64,000 nucleotides of DNA from an uncultured Clostridia bacterium (GCA_947626805.1 CANQTR010000002.1:1733-65732); one strand, 5' to 3'. Counted from the stretch's first letter, positions 15,210 to 27,236 are shown. Translations and numbers: made by a program. Notes: generated by a model not told the origin, from the letters alone.

Positions 15210-17237
15210 ATGAAAAACGGGGTGCAACGGCTCATTGACGTTCTGGCGGCGTTGTTGCTGCTTGTGGCGTCGTCGCTCATGCTGTTTCGGTTTTCCGTTC
15301 CGCTCGGGTTGCTGTTCAGCGCGCTGACGTTGCTGTATGTCGTCTTTTGTTTGGCCCGTCGGACGGAGAAACGACCCCGCCTGCACCGCTATGCGGCGGG
15401 GGATATGGCGTCGGTGCTGGTGAACGCTTTGAAGTCGCTCGACGACCCGGTGCTCATTGTCGGCAGTGGGAACAAAATCGTCTGGGCGAACAGACGGTTC
15501 GAAAGCCTTCCACAGGTTTCGTCGCACCTGCTCCTGTCGACGACGGAGAAGTTGTTCGACGACCGGTTCTGCTTCGCGCAGTTGGAGGACGCCTGTGAGG
15601 AAGGAAAGGACGTTTTCGAGCTTGAGACCGGGAGCGAAACCTACCGGGTGCATATCTTCGCCATCGCGACGAAGAACAAGACGTACTACGCGACCGTCTG
15701 GACGAATGTGACGAACGAGGCGAAGTTGCGCGGACGGCTCATCGACGACGCGCCGATGCTCGCGCTGATTGCGGTCGACAACGCGTCCGAACTGTCCCAG
15801 AGCGCCGCGGAAACGTTCCGCCTCGCGGCGGCGAAGATAAGTTTGACGCTGACCGAATGGGCGAAACGTATGCAGTCGGTACTGCTTGAATACGAGGACG
15901 GCAAGTTCCTGTTGCTGTTCCCGCACGAACGCCTGCAGGAGATGATTGACAGCAAATTCGCCATCATCGACGAAATTTCCGCCCTGACGTCGGAGAGCAG
16001 TATGCTCCCGCTGACCATTTCCATCGGCGTTTCGGACGAAACCGGGACGCTCGCGGAGAAACAGGAGAGCGCGCAGACCGCCTTGCGGACGGCTTTGCAG
16101 CGGGGCGGCGCGATTGCGGTCGTCAAGGACAAGGAAAAGAGCGGCTACATCGCCTACGGCGGCAAGGTCAAATCCGCCCAACGGCAAACCAGCATTCGTT
16201 CCCGCGTCTGCCGCGACCTGCTCATGGAGCAGATTCGCGTCAGCAGCAACGTGCTGGTCATGGGGCACCAGCGCCCGGATTACGATTCCATCGCGTCCAA
16301 CGTCGGCGTGGCAAAACTGGTGTCCTTCCTCGGCAAGCCGGTGCATATCGTGACCGACCGGGAGGAAAGTATCATCGCCGGCGCGTTCGAAATGCTCTCC
16401 TCGTTCCCGGAATACGAAACGATGTTCGTCGACGCCCGCCGCGCGATGGACCTGATGACCCCGGACACGCTCCTCATCATCACCGACGCGTCCAGCCCGA
16501 ACCAGTTCTTCTCTCCCGATATCTATCAGACGGCTCCCCGCGTCATCGTAATCGACCACCACACGCTCGCGTCCCCTCTTGCGGACAACGTGCTCGCGCC
16601 GATGAACATCGACCCGAACGCTTCGAGCGCGTCCGAACTGGTGTGCGAAATCCTCGAACTCGCCATTCCGGACGGTCTGTTGCGGACGGAGGAGGCGCAA
16701 TTGCTACTGCTCGGAATCCTGCTTGATACGCAGTTCTTCACCCGCGACACCGGCTCGCGCACCTTCCACGCCTGTTCCTACCTGCGTTCGGCGGGCGCGG
16801 ACCCGGCAAAGGCGAAGATGAAGTTCAAGACCACGCCGGAGGAGTACGAGATGATGGAGGGCTTCGAGCGCAGGCGGTACTGTTTCCGCGACCGGTTCAT
16901 CATTTCCTATTGTGAGGAGCCGGACGCGCGGAACGTCGTGCTCGCGTCGAAGTGCGCGGAGCGGTTCGTCGGAATCGAGGGGATTTGCGCGTCGTTCGTG
17001 CTGTATATGCGCGGGGACGGCGTTTCGCTGTCCGCGCGGTCGGACGGGACGTATAACGTTTTGCCGGTCGTCGAGTCGCTCGGCGGGGGCGGGCATTTTC
17101 AGTCCGCCGGCGCGCGGCTGATGCGGCAGGTCTGGGACGAAGAAAAGCAGGAAAAAACCAACGTCCCGGTGCTGGATATGGAATTGGCGCGGGAAATGCT
17201 CGAACAGACCATCGACAGGTGCTTGCAGGCGCAATAA
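15210..17237 (+). CDS. gdpP: Cyclic-di-AMP phosphodiesterase GdpP (2 TM + PAS-like + degenerate GGDEF + DHH/DHHA1)
   Basis: N-terminal TM pair. DHH motifs are VMGHQRPDYDSIAS and VIVIDHH; the C-terminal DHHA1 is LGGGGHFQSAGA. Conserved synteny gdpP-rplI-dnaB as in Bacillus yybT-rplI-dnaC. Confidence 0.85.
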   Translation: MKNGVQRLIDVLAALLLLVASSLMLFRFSVPLGLLFSALTLLYVVFCLARRTEKRPRLHRYAAGDMASVLVNALKSLDDPVLIVGSGNKIVWANRRFESLPQVSSHLLLSTTEKLFDDRFCFAQLEDACEEGKDVFELETGSETYRVHIFAIATKNKTYYATVWTNVTNEAKLRGRLIDDAPMLALIAVDNASELSQSAAETFRLAAAKISLTLTEWAKRMQSVLLEYEDGKFLLLFPHERLQEMIDSKFAIIDEISALTSESSMLPLTISIGVSDETGTLAEKQESAQTALRTALQRGGAIAVVKDKEKSGYIAYGGKVKSAQRQTSIRSRVCRDLLMEQIRVSSNVLVMGHQRPDYDSIASNVGVAKLVSFLGKPVHIVTDREESIIAGAFEMLSSFPEYETMFVDARRAMDLMTPDTLLIITDASSPNQFFSPDIYQTAPRVIVIDHHTLASPLADNVLAPMNIDPNASSASELVCEILELAIPDGLLRTEEAQLLLLGILLDTQFFTRDTGSRTFHACSYLRSAGADPAKAKMKFKTTPEEYEMMEGFERRRYCFRDRFIISYCEEPDARNVVLASKCAERFVGIEGICASFVLYMRGDGVSLSARSDGTYNVLPVVESLGGGGHFQSAGARLMRQVWDEEKQEKTNVPVLDMELAREMLEQTIDRCLQAQ

Positions 17238-17260
17238 ATCCGTGAAGGGAGAAACGAAAA

Positions 17261-17704
17261 ATGAAAGTGATTTTGCTTGAAGACGTCAAAGCGCAGGGGA
17301 AGAAGGGGGACCTCGTCAACGTTTCGGACGGGTACGCGAAGAACTTCCTGTTCCCGCGCAAACTCGCGAAGGTCGCCGACGCACAGGTGCTGACCGAACT
17401 GAAGAACCGCGAGGAAGCCCAAGCGTTCCGCGAAGCCGAGGACCGAAAGGCGGCGACGGAACTGAAGACCAAACTCGAAGGGATTTGCTTGGTTTTCAAG
17501 ACGACCGGGGGCGCGGACGGGCGGCTGTACGGCGCCGTGACGGCGAAGGACGTCAGCGAAAAACTCGAACAGGAATACGGAATCAAAATCGATAAGAAAA
17601 AAATCGACGTCGGCGCGACCATCAAGACCACCGGCGATTTCACCGCGGGAGTGAAACTGTATCGCGAAATCGGCGCGACACTGAAAATTTCGGTAAGGGC
17701 GTAA
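17261..17704 (+). CDS. rplI: 50S ribosomal protein L9
   Basis: [36 protein letters not shown] is the canonical L9 N-terminus. Confidence 0.97.
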   Translation: MKVILLEDVKAQGKKGDLVNVSDGYAKNFLFPRKLAKVADAQVLTELKNREEAQAFREAEDRKAATELKTKLEGICLVFKTTGGADGRLYGAVTAKDVSEKLEQEYGIKIDKKKIDVGATIKTTGDFTAGVKLYREIGATLKISVRA

Positions 17705-17710
17705 GGAAAA

Positions 17711-19093
17711 ATGGCAGAACTGGAGAGCATTCGCAGAATGCCGTATTCCCTGGAGGCGGAACAGGCCATTCTCGGCACCGTTTTAATGGACCCGGTGCGG
17801 TTTGACGAGGTTTCGTTCCTGCAGGAGAAGGAATTCTATCTTCCGCAGCATCAGCAAATCTATGCCGCGCTTGTCCGAATGTTCCTGGACGGTCGGCAGG
17901 TGGACGTCGTGACGCTCATCGATACGCTCACCCGTATGGGGACCTATACCGAGGGGGACGCCGCGAAATACATCAAGACCCTCGTCGACCAGGCGACGGA
18001 AGCCTCGAATATCGAGGAATATGCCCACATCGTGCGGGACAAGGCGCTGCTTCGCGCGCTTATCGACGCATCGCAAAAGATTTCCGAGCGTGCGTTCAGC
18101 GAGAGCGGCGACGCGGCCGAACAACTTGCCGAGGCGGAAAACAGCATCGCACAGATTGTCGACCAGCGGTACAGCAAGGGTTTTGACCATATTCGCGACG
18201 CGATTTTGCGGAATTACGACAAACTGCTGTTGCTCAAGAACGACCCGAACGCCTTAGCGGGCCTTCACACGAACTATGAAAAACTCGACCGCGTCCTCGC
18301 CGGACTCGGCGGCGGGGAACTCATCATCGTCGGCGCGCGTCCGGGCATGGGAAAAACCAGTTTTGCCTTGAATATCGCCTGCAACATCGCCAAGAGCACC
18401 CGCAAGGACGTCGCTATTTTCTCGCTGGAAATGCGGACGGAGGAACTTTCCTCCCGCCTGCTCTGCTCGGAGGCGCTGATCGACAGTTACAGTATGCGCG
18501 ACGGCAAACTGTCCGACGACGATTGGCGGCGGCTCGGGGACGCGATGTCGGTCCTGGACAAAACGGAACTCTGGATTGACGACACCCCGCAAATCACCGT
18601 CACGGAAATGAAAACCAAACTCCGCAAACTCAAGAACCTCGGTCTGGTCGTGATAGACTACCTGCAGATGATGCACAGCGATGAAAAGAAGAACCGGGAA
18701 AGCCGTGTGCTGGAGATTCAGTCCATCACGAACGCGCTGAAAATCCTCGCAAAGGAATTCGACGTGCCGGTCATTCTCTGCTCCCAGCTTTCGCGCGGTC
18801 CGAAGGACCAGAAGAACCAGAACGAGGAGCACCGCAAGCCTACGATGACCGATTTGCGCGATTCCGGCGCTATCGAGCAGGACGCGGACGTGATTCTGCT
18901 GTTGCACCGCGCGGAGTACTACCGCGTTGCGGAGCAGTCGGCGGACGACCTGTCCGACCACGAAATGTGCGACTGCATCGTCGCGAAGAACCGTCACGGC
19001 TCGACCGGGCGGGTGCGGTTGGCGTGGTACGGCAAATATTTCCGATTCGTGACCTCGGACGAACGGGAGGAACCGGATGCGTCGGCGCAATAG
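17711..19093 (+). CDS. dnaB: Replicative DNA helicase (DnaB family)
   Basis: Contains PYSLEAEQAILGTVL and Walker A GARPGMGKTSFALN, then VIDYLQMM ... LSQLSR ... DLRDSGAIEQDADV. Confidence 0.95.
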   Translation: MAELESIRRMPYSLEAEQAILGTVLMDPVRFDEVSFLQEKEFYLPQHQQIYAALVRMFLDGRQVDVVTLIDTLTRMGTYTEGDAAKYIKTLVDQATEASNIEEYAHIVRDKALLRALIDASQKISERAFSESGDAAEQLAEAENSIAQIVDQRYSKGFDHIRDAILRNYDKLLLLKNDPNALAGLHTNYEKLDRVLAGLGGGELIIVGARPGMGKTSFALNIACNIAKSTRKDVAIFSLEMRTEELSSRLLCSEALIDSYSMRDGKLSDDDWRRLGDAMSVLDKTELWIDDTPQITVTEMKTKLRKLKNLGLVVIDYLQMMHSDEKKNRESRVLEIQSITNALKILAKEFDVPVILCSQLSRGPKDQKNQNEEHRKPTMTDLRDSGAIEQDADVILLLHRAEYYRVAEQSADDLSDHEMCDCIVAKNRHGSTGRVRLAWYGKYFRFVTSDEREEPDASAQ

Positions 19094-20461
19094 AGCGGAG
19101 GAAGTCGTCCTGTCCTGCTTGCGGGAGAACGGCGTCGGCGAAGGAACGCGCGTGTGCGTGTGCTTTTCCGGCGGAATGGATTCCTCGGTGCTGTTGCGGA
19201 CGCTCGCCGCACTTCGGGCGGAAATCGGGTTCTGCCTTTCCGCCTGCCATTTCAATCATCATATCCGCGGGGAAGAGGCGAACCGGGACGAAACGTTCTG
19301 CAGGTCCGTTTGCGCGTCGCTCGGCGTAACGCTCTATACCGGCGGCGCGGACGTTCCGGCGGACGCGAAAGCGCGCGGGAAATCGCTTGAGGAAACGGCG
19401 CGGGACGCGCGGTACGCGTGGTTCGACGAACTCGGGGAAAAAGAGGGAATCGATTTCTTCGCAACTGCACATCATAAAAACGACCAGGCGGAAACCGTGC
19501 TGTTCCGCCTTTTGCGCGGGACGGCGGTCGGCGGTCTGTGCGGTATCCCGTCCCGGCGCGGGAAATACCTTCGACCGTTCCTGCCGCTGACCCGTGCGGA
19601 ATTGCGGGCATATGCGGAGGAACGCGGCGTGCCGTACTGCACGGATTCCAGCAATGATTGCGAACGGTATACGCGCAACTACTTGCGGCGCACGCTGCTT
19701 CCGGCGATGGAAAAAGTCAATCCCGCCGTCGTCGATTCGCTTTCCCGGCTTTCGCGCTGTGCCGCGGAGGACGAGGCGTTCCTTCGTTCGCTTTTGCCGC
19801 CGTATAACGCATGTCAGGACGTATCGGGGCTGTCCCCGGCGCTGTTTCGGCGGGTCGCCGCGCGGAATTACGCGGTCCGCACCGGAAAAACCCTCTGCTT
19901 TCCGCACCTCGACGCGCTTTGCGACCTTGCGGAACGGGGAAGGGACGGCGTCGTCGGTCTGCCGGGCGGGTACCGCGCCCTGCTCAAGGGCGGAATCTTG
20001 CGTTTCGAGCGGGTCAATCCGCCGCTTTCGGCTTTGGAGCCGGGAGAACTCCGAACGGGCGTGACCCTGCTTTGCGGCGGGGCGGTGCGTCTGACCGTCG
20101 CGTCCGGCGGGGAAAAATTGCGGGAAATTTGCGCGGACGGGGAATTTATTTACAATTTATCCACAGAGTTTCTCTTGTCTTGCGCGGGAATTTGTGGCAT
20201 GATTCAATATAGGTCACGCCGTCCCGGCGACCGCTTGCGGTTGCGCGGGGTGAACCGGAGCGTGAAAAAACTATTTTCCGAAAGCGGGCTTCCTGTTTCC
20301 GTCCGGGACGCCGTTCCGCTGCTTGCGGACGCGCAAGGGCTCCTATGCGTCCCGTTCGTCGGGGTCGCGGACCGCGCCTGCCGGCGGGAAGAAACCGCCG
20401 CGTCCTTCGTTGTACGGGTGGAAATCGCCGAAAGAATGCCCGAAAGGTGGTATGAAAGCCG

Positions 20462-20465
<4 letters not shown>
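19077..20465 (+). CDS. tilS: tRNA(Ile)-lysidine synthase
   Basis: PP-loop [13 protein letters not shown] and a TilS C-terminal domain ([22 protein letters not shown]). Overlaps dnaB by 17 nt and ftsH by ATGA. Confidence 0.9.
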
Positions 20466-22441
<1,976 letters not shown>

Positions 22442-22452
22442 AAACCGAAAAA

Positions 22453-22487
22453 AGCGGGGGCAAGCGTTGTTTGTCGCCCGCTTTTTG
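22453..22487 (+). terminator. Rho-independent terminator after ftsH
   Basis: aaAGCGGGggcaagcgttgtttgtcgCCCGCTtttt. Confidence 0.75.
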
Positions 22488-22557
22488 TATCATTTTTGCG
22501 TCGCCCGGCGATACTCTTTTTGAGAAGAGAAAGCAAATGCGGAAAGGGAGCACAACG

Positions 22558-23895
22558 ATGGAAGAGGAAAAAATCTATCGCCTGTTCGACGGCGACGACG
22601 AGCAGGAAAAGCAGGAGCCGGCGGAACCGACCGTCCCGCTCGACGACGGCGAGGATACCGAACCGGCGGGACAGCCGCGCCGTCCGGTCGGACCGATGGT
22701 GTTGCTTGCGGTGCTCGCGATTCTCGTCGTCGTGAGCGGCGCGCTGGTCGTCGGACTGCTGACGCGCCGGGGCGGAGAGGCGCCGGAGGAACCGTCGACC
22801 GTTTCGCAGGGGATTCCGGACGAAAGTGCGGGGGAGACTTCTCTCCCCGTTTCGGAACCGTCCGAAAATGATTCTACCGAGCCGCAAATCTCTGAGCCGG
22901 AACTCTCCGAACCGGAAATTTCCGAGCCGGAAGAACCCGCCCACGGCTGGGTCATCAACGCGATGGGGTACACCTATCTCTATCACGGCGTCGGTGTCGA
23001 ACAGTTCAATTACAGCGCCGCAACGCTGGAAAAATACCTCGGCGGAATCCGTGCGCTCGCGCAAAAGGTTCCGGAAGGGACGGCGGTCTACTGCATGCCG
23101 GTTCCGACGCGAATCGGGTTCCTCTACGAGGAAATCGGCGACGATATTAAGCGGGAGGACAATTTCTTCAATTCCTGGCAGGAGGGGTTCCTTGACACGG
23201 TCGGAGAGCGGCTTGCGCCGGACGTTTCGACCGTCGACCTGTTCGATTCCTTTCAAAGCGCCTACCGGGAGGACGCCGAACTGTTCTTCCGGACCGACCG
23301 CAACTGGACGTCGTACGCCGCCTACCTCGCGTACCTGCAGTACTGTGAAGCAAGCGGGCTTGCGCCGGTCGCGCTCGACGTCTATGAGGAAAAGCAAATC
23401 GAAGGGTTCCTCGGCTCGTTCTATACCGCGACGCAATCCGAATCCCTTCGGCGGAACGCCGACACCTTCCGCTATTACCGCAACGCGGACACGGACGCCT
23501 GCAAGGTGACCGTTTACAGCAACGGAAACGTCTACCGAATCGCTTCGCTCGCCGGGAATACAACCGGGGACGCGTCCGGGGCGTACAACGTCTACCTCGG
23601 CGGGAGCGGACAGCTCTTCCGCATTCAATCCCCATGCACTTCCGGGCGTAAACTTTTGGTGGTCGGGGACGGCAGCGCGGCCGCGATGATTCCGTTTCTG
23701 ATTGAAAATTATACAGAGATACAGTACGTCGACGTCGCGTCCTATTCGGGCGACTTCGCCGACCTGTTCGCGAACGGTTCGTTCAACGACGTGCTGTTTC
23801 TGTCCTATGTGACCAACACCGTGAAAGGAGAGTACCCGCCGCACCTTTCGGCGCTTGCGGGCGTGGATACGGAAAATGGAACGTCAAACGGTTAG
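22558..23895 (+). CDS. DHHW-family (AlgX/AlgJ-like) membrane-anchored protein with degenerate motif (DRNW)
   Basis: ATG at 22558, 7 nt after aaagggag. Acidic N-terminus, one TM (MVLLAVLAILVVVSGALVVGLL), then an EPxISEPE repeat linker. The domain contains LFFRTDRNWTSYAAYLAYLQY where the family has TDHHWT. Confidence 0.6.
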   Translation: MEEEKIYRLFDGDDEQEKQEPAEPTVPLDDGEDTEPAGQPRRPVGPMVLLAVLAILVVVSGALVVGLLTRRGGEAPEEPSTVSQGIPDESAGETSLPVSEPSENDSTEPQISEPELSEPEISEPEEPAHGWVINAMGYTYLYHGVGVEQFNYSAATLEKYLGGIRALAQKVPEGTAVYCMPVPTRIGFLYEEIGDDIKREDNFFNSWQEGFLDTVGERLAPDVSTVDLFDSFQSAYREDAELFFRTDRNWTSYAAYLAYLQYCEASGLAPVALDVYEEKQIEGFLGSFYTATQSESLRRNADTFRYYRNADTDACKVTVYSNGNVYRIASLAGNTTGDASGAYNVYLGGSGQLFRIQSPCTSGRKLLVVGDGSAAAMIPFLIENYTEIQYVDVASYSGDFADLFANGSFNDVLFLSYVTNTVKGEYPPHLSALAGVDTENGTSNG

Positions 23896-24646
23896 CGGTT
23901 TTGTGTCCGTCAAGAGTATCCTGACGGCGAAAAGCCGGGAAGTCAGCCGGGTCCTGCTCGAACGCGAACGTTACGAATCGGTCGAACGGTCCAAATTTTG
24001 CGCGACGGAGAAACGGCAGTACGCATATCTGCTTTCCGCCGGGGTCCCGGTGGCGTACATGGATAAAGAAACCTTTTCCGCGATGGTCGGAAACGGAAGC
24101 GCGGGCGGTATTGCGGCGGAGGTTGGCGAGCGGAGGTTCTCCGCGCCGGAGGAACTGTTGCAAAAGAAGAACGGCTATTTTACGGTGCTGGACGGAATCG
24201 AGGACCCGTTCAACTTCGGCTATGCCTTGCGGGCGCTGTACGCGGCCGGGGTGGACGGGGTATTCCTGCCCGAACGGAACTTCTTCACGGCGTCCGAGGC
24301 GGTCGTGCGTTCTTCGGCGGGGGCGTCGGAACTTTTGCCCTGCTGTGCCGTGCCGGACTTGCGCGAAATGTGCGAACAGATGAAAGCGCGGGGGATTCGT
24401 TTGGTCGCTACGGCGAAGTCCGACCGTGCGCGGGATTTGTACCGCACGTCTTTCCGCCGTCCGCTTTGCGTCGTTTACGGCGGGGAGAAACGCGGAATCT
24501 CCGCCGGGGTGCTTGAACTTTGCGACGCGGTCGTGAAAATCCGCTATCCGCGGGATTGCCATTATTCGTTGCCCGCTTGCGGGGCGATTTCCATCATTTC
24601 GTTCGAAATCGGGCGGCAACTCTCCGAAAAGGGTCGTCACGGGTGA
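23876..24646 (+). CDS. TrmH/SpoU-family RNA 2'-O-methyltransferase (RlmB-like)
   Basis: Contains LDGIEDPFNFGYALRALYAAGVDGV ... CVVYGGEKRGIS ... LPACGAISIISFEI (SPOUT motifs). The start (23855 or 23876) is uncertain. Confidence 0.75.
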   Translation: MERQTVSGFVSVKSILTAKSREVSRVLLERERYESVERSKFCATEKRQYAYLLSAGVPVAYMDKETFSAMVGNGSAGGIAAEVGERRFSAPEELLQKKNGYFTVLDGIEDPFNFGYALRALYAAGVDGVFLPERNFFTASEAVVRSSAGASELLPCCAVPDLREMCEQMKARGIRLVATAKSDRARDLYRTSFRRPLCVVYGGEKRGISAGVLELCDAVVKIRYPRDCHYSLPACGAISIISFEIGRQLSEKGRHG

Positions 24647-25236
24647 AACAGAATCGGCACTTCGCCGACGACCAGCGTTTCCGCGATATACACGTCGAAG
24701 GAAAGCGTGTCCATATAGGATTCCAGCGGCGCCAAATAGTTGACCGCCACGGTAAAATGCAGGGCGACCCGATGTAGCGTCTGGTTGATACCGGCGCTTT
24801 CGAGCGTACTCCGAAGTTCGCTTGCGACGTTTCCCGCCGAAACCGGACGGACGGGAATCAGCGGACCCCGCCCGGAAAGCAGGGCGGAGCCGGTCAGGTT
24901 GCCGAGCGGCACGCCGAAACCGTTTCCGTCGTAATCCCGCAATGTCTCCAGCAGTACGACGGTCAGTTCCGACGCGAGCAGGGAGAGGGCGTCGGAATGC
25001 ACACGGACGGCCGTAATGCGCCCGGACGCGTCCTGCTCGACGGTCACATATTCTTCCGCTCGTTCGTTGATTTCGCCGTAGAGCGCCTGCTGTAGCGCGA
25101 GGGACAGCATGGCGCTGCCGGAGGATTGCGCGAAGGTTTTCATCGCCGTTTCCAGCCTTCGGTTGAAAAACGTGCAACAGCAGGTCAGCAACGTCAGGAT
25201 AAGGAACAGCAGGAGCAGACGTTTCCATTTTTTCAT
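24637..25236 (-). CDS. yunB: Sporulation protein YunB
   Basis: MKKWKRLLLLFLILTLL TM, then ... GFGVPLGNLTGSALLSGRGPLIPVRPVSAGNV ... SAGINQTLHRV, the YunB family pattern. A SigE-like promoter lies upstream. Confidence 0.7.
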   Translation of the reverse strand: MKKWKRLLLLFLILTLLTCCCTFFNRRLETAMKTFAQSSGSAMLSLALQQALYGEINERAEEYVTVEQDASGRITAVRVHSDALSLLASELTVVLLETLRDYDGNGFGVPLGNLTGSALLSGRGPLIPVRPVSAGNVASELRSTLESAGINQTLHRVALHFTVAVNYLAPLESYMDTLSFDVYIAETLVVGEVPILFHP

Positions 25237-25277
25237 GTGCGGTCGGGGCGCTCCGTTTCCGAAGAAATCATATTTGC

Positions 25278-25305
25278 ATTGTATGCGGTGCATGTCCGCA
25301 TTATG
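25278..25305 (-). promoter_or_regulatory. SigE-like (mother-cell) promoter upstream of yunB
   Basis: The minus strand reads gCATAAT-N14-CATACAAT, about 40 nt upstream of the yunB ATG. Confidence 0.5.
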
Positions 25306-25338
25306 CGGCGCGAAATGCGTCGAAAGAAGGAGGTTCTT

Positions 25339-26667
25339 ATGGGATTCAAAAGAGGATTAGCCGTCCTGCTCGCGCTCTGCACGCTGTCGGCGCTCTTTGC
25401 CTGTGCGGCGTCGGAAGGGTCGCCGTCGGGCGGCATGTGGAGCGATTCGGAAAGCGTCGCCGCGAGCAATTTCGCCGGCGCGTCGTCGAACGCCGGCGCG
25501 TCGAGCAATTCCGCCGGCACGTCGTCGAACGGCGGCACGCCGAGCGATTCGGAAAGCGTCGCCGTGAGTGGCTCCACCGACACGTCGTCGAACGGAGAAG
25601 TTGTCGGTTCCACGTCGTCGAACGCGGAAAGTTCGGCGGTCGGTTCCGAATCATCGGTTCCCGAACGCCCGACGAAGGGCGGGGAACTCGTAGTCCATTA
25701 CTTAGACGTCGGGCAGGGGGATTCGATTTTTATCGAACTGCCGGACGGGAAATGTATGCTCATCGACGCATCAATATCGAAATACGGCGAGCGCATCGTC
25801 GACGCGGTCCGCGCGCTCTCCTACGACCGTATCGACTACGTCATCGCCACGCACCCGCACGCCGACCACATCGGCGGAATGGAACAGGTTTTAAAATCCT
25901 TTGCGATTGGTTGCGTTTACCTGCCGGATGTCAGCGCCGACACGGCGACCTATATCGGTATGGCGGAAACCATTCTCGAACGGGACATTCCCGCGGAGGT
26001 CGCGGAGGCGGGCGTCACGTTGCTGTCCGGCGACGTGCAGGCGAAGTTTCTCGCCCCGTCGGTCATCGATCAGGACGACCAGAACCGCAATTCGGCGGTC
26101 CTCCTGCTGACCTACGGGGAACGGACTTTCCTGTTTATGGGCGACGCCGACACGTCAATCGAGGATTCGCTGAAGGGCGACATCGATTGCGACGTACTCA
26201 AGGTCGGACACCACGGAAGCCGCACCGCGTCGGGCGACGACTTTCTCCGTCGGGCGTCGCCGGCGTACGCAATCATCTCTTGCGGGAAGGGGAATTCCTA
26301 CGGACACCCGCACGAGGAGGCGCTTTCCCGTTTGCAGGCTTGCGGGGCGGAAATCCTGCGGACCGACCTCGTCGGCACGGTGACGGTTCGTACGGACGGA
26401 AAAACGCTGACCGTCGAAACGCAAGGCGAGCAGGGGAGTGAATCGTCGGAAAGCGGGGTGGGGGACACGTCCTCGAGCGAGAGCGAACCGGAAAACGGCT
26501 TGACCTGGGTGCTCAACACCTCCACCCACAAAATTCATCGCCCGGACTGCCGGCACGTCGATTCGATTGCGCCGAAGAACCGCGCGGAATCCGACAAGAC
26601 CGTCGCCGAACTGGAGGAAGAGGGCTATTCCCCTTGCGGCACCTGCAAACCATCTGACGTAGGTTGA
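25339..26667 (+). CDS. ComEC/Rec2-related MBL-fold hydrolase lipoprotein with C-terminal Cys/His cluster
   Basis: aaggagg RBS. Lipobox is LSALFACAAS, followed by a Ser/Asn-rich linker. MBL core is LVVHYLDVGQGDSIFIELPDGKCMLID ... THPHADHIGG ... KVGHHGS. The tail is HKIHRPDCRHV ... SPCGTCKP. Confidence 0.8.
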   Translation: MGFKRGLAVLLALCTLSALFACAASEGSPSGGMWSDSESVAASNFAGASSNAGASSNSAGTSSNGGTPSDSESVAVSGSTDTSSNGEVVGSTSSNAESSAVGSESSVPERPTKGGELVVHYLDVGQGDSIFIELPDGKCMLIDASISKYGERIVDAVRALSYDRIDYVIATHPHADHIGGMEQVLKSFAIGCVYLPDVSADTATYIGMAETILERDIPAEVAEAGVTLLSGDVQAKFLAPSVIDQDDQNRNSAVLLLTYGERTFLFMGDADTSIEDSLKGDIDCDVLKVGHHGSRTASGDDFLRRASPAYAIISCGKGNSYGHPHEEALSRLQACGAEILRTDLVGTVTVRTDGKTLTVETQGEQGSESSESGVGDTSSSESEPENGLTWVLNTSTHKIHRPDCRHVDSIAPKNRAESDKTVAELEEEGYSPCGTCKPSDVG

Positions 26668-26694
26668 CAAAATTACAGAAAGGAAGGGTTTTCC

Positions 26695-26910
26695 ATGCAA
26701 TTGATTATCGACAGATTCGAGGGGGATTTCGCGGTTTGCGAATATGAAAAAGGCAAGACGCTCGACCTCCCGACCGCGCTGCTCCCGGCGGACGCGAAGG
26801 AGGGCGACGTTCTGCGCCTGACCGTCGACCGCGACGCGACGGAACAGCAAAAAAATTACGCGGAATCCTTGCGAAAACGGCTTTTCCACCGCGAAACGAA
26901 GGATTGCTGA
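26695..26910 (+). CDS. DUF3006 domain protein
   Basis: MQLIIDRFEGDFAVCEYEKGKTLDLPTALLPADAKEGDVLRL is the typical DUF3006 text; this family is a usual neighbour of ComEC-like MBL lipoproteins. Confidence 0.75.
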   Translation: MQLIIDRFEGDFAVCEYEKGKTLDLPTALLPADAKEGDVLRLTVDRDATEQQKNYAESLRKRLFHRETKDC

Positions 26911-26928
26911 ACTGTGTCGAATCGCCCG

Positions 26929-26970
26929 AAAAACCGGCGGATATGCGCGCGTCCGCCGGTTTTTTGTTTT
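26929..26970 (+). terminator. Rho-independent terminator
   Basis: AAAACCGGCGGAtatgcgcgcgTCCGCCGGTTTTttgttttt. Confidence 0.85.
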
Positions 26971-27236
26971 TCGTTCGCGGATTCGACAGAAAGCGCGGGG
27001 GCAACTTGCACAAACAATATCTTGCGCGTTCGACGCGCCGCGGCACAATATCCTGCCCTTTTCTTTTCCGGTTTCATCGGTTTACATAATTAAGTTACCA
27101 TAATTCGCTCAAATAATCTTACATTTTTTACGAAATTGGGGAATTTCTCGATAACCTCTTGAATTTTCCGGCAAAATGAGGTAAGATAAGAATGCTTTCG
27201 GTTCTTTCGGACAGAAACGGCGGAAAAGGAGTGCGA

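Noticed and set aside
25339-26667. Competence channel ComEC
   Set aside because: Only the MBL domain is present, fused to a lipoprotein signal. The polytopic competence (DUF4131/Competence) membrane domain is absent, so this is a ComEC-related hydrolase and not the DNA uptake channel.
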